In this document: in pieces, positions 60,081 through 64,000 of the stretch
Layout: every line of letters starts with the position of its first letter
Position numbering within the stretch: the stretch's first letter is position 1
DNA from: Hemiscyllium ocellatum
Lineage: Eukaryota
Direction: 5' to 3'
DNA: 64,000 bases
NCBI RefSeq assembly: GCF_020745735.1
Contig: NC_083439.1
Location: 23,450,596-23,514,595 of the forward strand
Translations under genes and position numbers: made by a program
The notes under the pieces: model-generated
The model's database searches: none
Told to the model about the DNA's origin: nothing
Seen by the model: only the letters and a program-made list of their open reading frames with translations

Positions 60081-62304
60081 CCTAAATAGAGTGCTGAGAT
60101 TAGGGTAATATTTCCAAGAGGCACAAGTGCATGCTCACAGTAATAACTGGAACACGGAAATAGCGGAGGATGGTTGAAACAGCCCTTAAAACAATGACCA
60201 ATGTGTCTTATCCCATTTTGTTCCTACTTTGTATTTCATTTGTAACTTTCTGCCCGATATCATTGGTATTTTTCTATGGGTTTTTTTTTGTCTGTTTTAT
60301 GTGTTTAATATACTTGGTCAATCCTTGTTTTTACCTGTTTTGGATTGTTGCCTTTTGGAAATGGAAGCAGTATATTGTTATTTTAAAGAGCAGGGATATT
60401 CTTTGGCTGGGAACTACTGATCCACCAATAAAAAAAGCCTAAATTTGTTGTCCTTTTTATCATAAATGTGTAAAGTGGAACCACTGCAAACCAAAGATGA
60501 ATTCAGATTCAAAATATACTAAAACTAAAATTAAACTTCAGTTTGCATTGTAGTCTTTTCAATTCTGTACAACACCGTTCCAATTTTTAATTTCTAATTT
60601 TTTTAAAAGTGCAATTTTAGACTTTGTAACCTAATCTTATCCATATTTTGTTTTCCTTTGAAAATAGTTTATTTTTCTTTTTGATGTCAGTATTTGGAAG
60701 AAACCTTCAAAATACATTGTATCCCAGTCAAAAATCAGGATCATCCATGCATGGAATAAATGCTGAAGATTCAGTTTTTAATGTGTACATTATCAATCAC
60801 TACTGAGTGCTGGATGAGTGAACATTGTATTTTGAACTTACATTGGTAATTAAACAGAAAGATAGATATTTGTGGGTATATGAAATTTAAGATTTCTTGA
60901 CATGCCACATTTAACATTGTGGCACAGTAGGCTATTTACAGAACAATGCATGTAATTATTCTTGTCCTCATTTTTTGCGGTGTAATTTTTGCTATGAAGT
61001 TTCACTACTGATTTCGCAATTATTGAAAGCACTTTTCCTCTTAAAATATTGCATAATGTTGCAAACTTTTTAACAAGTGTTAACCTTCTTCTTATCTGTA
61101 CTAAATACAACCCCAGTTTTGATTATTTCAAAAATACATATTCCAAACCATTATATGAAAACTGGATTGCTACGAGTTGGGAATTTGTAGCATGTTAAAT
61201 CTTTTAGCGTTTGAGCTGCAATTTCACCTCGGTCTTCTATAGACCTCTATAAAACTTCCATGCATACTCATGTGACACAGGCTAATCACTTGCTGCCTGT
61301 TACTAAATCTGTTTGGAATAAAGTTCACTGCATGATATCATACACCTCAGAATGGGTCCTGTCGTTTACTGAGACCATTTTAAAATTTGAACTGTCACTT
61401 CTTCTGTTCAAGGACTAGAGTGTGGAATAGTATCAGCATTGAACTTCAATTTAATTGTGTACCAATTATGGTTCAACTGCCCTTTATCCTGCTGGACAAT
61501 CAGGGTTCTATTGTAATTTGTAGAAGAATACACGATGCTGATCTGTTTTGCTACTAGCACATAATTATTATTTACAAGGCATAATAAAGGACATCTAATG
61601 GTAAAATTTCAATCTTTGTCAATCCTTCCTGTATTTTGATTTGATGCCTCCAGGATTGGATTCCTGAAAATTGGATTTGATAGTTTGAATGGATGCTGAT
61701 CTAAGCAACCGTGATTCAATATGGTCTCCATTTGTTCATGTATTCTGTAAGCACATAATCTAAATGCTTAGCCTCTAATAGTTTTCTAGTGCAAAACACT
61801 GACGTTACATGCATGGATTAGGTGCATCAGTAAACCACTCAGCCTCTCGAGGCTGCTACACCATTCAGTAAGATCATTGCTGCTTTGAATATGTGCCAGA
61901 GAGTTTGATTTATTGCTCCCATAACTGATCAGTAACAACTAGGATTAGCCATAAAGTATACATTTGAGATCTGTGTTTTTGCTTTCAATTTAATTCCATA
62001 CAGTAGTTACAGTACAGTTAGGAATACCATATGCATTGAGAGTAGTGTGGCATTTTCTTTTGTCACCAATGTGATTAAACGTATAGGGAAGGTGGTAAAA
62101 GCTTTTGGCATCTTTCAGATCCCATGGTATACCTGTTTTCCATTTCAGGTGAATAATGCTGAAAGTTGTATTGCTCTACAAAAATAATGCCTGTAATCTG
62201 TACAATCCTGAACAATTGCAGTAAACAGACTTATGTAGCAGTGTACTCTTAATAGAAGTTTCATGAGTTTCTATGTTACTTTCACTTTGAATGCAAAGTG
62301 AATG

Positions 62305-62563
62305 TGCCAGAGATCCGGGTTCAATTCCCGCCTCAGGCGCCTCTCTGTTGGAGTTTGCACATTCTCCCTATGACTGCGAGGGTTTCCTCCCACGGTCCAA
62401 AAATGTGCAGGTTAGGTGAATTGGCCATGTTAAATTGCCCGCAGTGTTAGGTGAAGGGGTAAATGTAGGGGAATGGGTCTGGGTGGGTTACACTACGCTG
62501 GATCAGTGTGGACTTGTTGGGCCAAAGGGCCTGTTTCCACACTGTAAGTAATCTAATCTAATC
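62305..62563 (+). mobile_element. HE1-type SINE (5'-truncated)
   Basis: B box gggttcaattccc; (taatc)n tail. Confidence 0.82.
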
Positions 62564-63367
62564 TATTACACAATTGAAAAACTTTCTGAAATATTGGGCA
62601 AATCTGGGTGTTATGAATGGGGTAGGATGCAAGGAGGTAAATAAGTTGGGTAAACATTGAGTCTGTATCTTGGGTATGACATTTAGTCTATGAAAGAAAA
62701 TCAAATTAAAAAGAGCTTGCCCTTGATTGGCTTGAGGAGCAAAATAACTCATTCCTGTTCCTTGTTTGCATGTTTGTGATTAAAATAACTCAACGCCTAG
62801 TTGTCTTTCACGTTTAAGTTCAAGTTCACATTGGTAGCTGCTAGAACACTCTTGAGTTTTAGATTGGCTTATACATGCAGTCTAAAGGTGTCGTCACAGT
62901 GATAAATTTAACATCTATATATAAATATAATATTGTTGAAAGCCCCAATTTTATTTTAAGTTTGAACTGTGCTGTGCAGCTGTTCTTGTGAACAGTGACC
63001 TTGCCATCTAGATAAGGTGCAGGGAGGAAAGATGGGTCACATGATTACTCAAACAAAAACAAACTGTTCTTACTATATACCGTGTGTGTACTATTAATCC
63101 AAAGTTTTGTTTTAAAATTGGCATAAATTTTAATTATTCCCTAGTTTTAATTTAAACAGAATACAAAGCTTTTCCTTTTGGCATATGTGTGTTGGCTTTT
63201 TATGAGTGCCATTTGAGTTTAAATAGTGTTGTTTGGGTTCCAGGAACATGTGTTATTAACAACAGACCAAACAAAATGATTGTGGCATGGAAAAGTATTG
63301 GACTTAAACTTTGATTTTCTTTTGCTAATTTGGATATTGTTTGTTTTGCAGTTACCTTGGCGTAAAG

Positions 63368-63427
63368 ATGTCGGAGAGTTCCAGCGATAGTGAATCATCC
63401 TGTGGTTGGACCATAATTAACCATGAA
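63368..63427 (+). CDS. CCPG1: Cell cycle progression 1 (ER-phagy receptor), first coding exon MSESSSDSESSCGWTIINHE; gene continues beyond the window
   Basis: Matches the CCPG1 N-terminus with its LIR motif (WTII). Acceptor tttgttttgcag at 63351; donor GAA|GTATAT at 63428; synteny. Confidence 0.92.
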
Positions 63428-63867
63428 GTATATTATACTTTTCTTATTTCATTTCTTAATCTCTATGATATATTATAATTGTGGTTTATCTGTGCACTGA
63501 AGAATGGAGTTATTAAGAATTGTGAGATGTAAGAACTAATTATGCAATAACTTGTGATTTTTTTTTAAAAAAGGCAAGATTTTGCTTTGCATACTCTGTT
63601 ACAGAATCATGTTCCAGGTCTTTTATAAGTTTTTCTGACTTTGGTGCACATAAGTAGGTAAGGGAAATCCCCACCCCTCACTATTCTTTCACATTGTGCA
63701 ATAGTCTATATTATCCAATGTCTATATTTGCATAGTTTTCTTTGGAATTGGTCACTTAATTAACAATCTTGCCACTATTTCCTTTTCTTCCCAAGTGACT
63801 AGAAAAATATATTTGTGCGTACCTACGATGTAGTATTTCGTATATATTGTGAAAGTCCTAACTATGT

Positions 63868-64000
63868 TGTGGTTCTGTTCGCCAAGCTGGGAATTTGTGC
63901 TGCAAACGTTTCATCCCCTGTCTAGGTGACATCCTCCGTGCTTGGGAGCCTCCTGTGAAGCACTTCTGTGATGTTTCCTCCGGCATTTATAATGGTTTGT
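63868..64000 (-). mobile_element. End of another Penelope-family pLTR (runs off the window)
   Basis: On -: cggagga-tgtcacctagacagggga-tgaaacgtt, a decayed hammerhead-like layout. Confidence 0.5.

Noticed and set aside
63428-63437. U12-type intron at the CCPG1 donor (GTATAT)
   Set aside because: The U12 consensus is RTATCCTT; here it is GTATATTA.

Overview
Vertebrate genomic DNA, almost certainly a cartilaginous fish (shark), judged from HE1-type and Deu-type SINEs, shark-style CR1s and Penelope elements. The window holds the conserved DNAAF4 (DYX1C1) - PIERCE2 (C15orf65) - CCPG1 block. DNAAF4 is complete on + (9 coding exons, 17813-34263, 422 aa). PIERCE2 is on - as one ORF with an unusual repeat-rich N-terminal extension. 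CCPG1 starts head-to-head with PIERCE2 from a shared CpG island, and its first coding exon is at 63368-63427. The rest is dense, often nested, retroelement DNA: CR1, Penelope, Rex1, RTE, a Gypsy element and solo LTRs. The three most notable observations are: (1) a Tx1/L1-clade retrotransposon inserted repeatedly at one 14-bp site overlapping the TATA box of a Gypsy LTR, with LTR pieces that look 3'-transduced from other loci, suggesting a target-specific element that parasitises an LTR promoter; (2) many short palindromic Penelope-derived elements with TSDs and minimal hammerhead-ribozyme cores; (3) about 9 degenerate 17-18 aa repeats at the N-terminus of PIERCE2. All calls come from reading the sequence by eye and from recalled family knowledge; no database searches were run.
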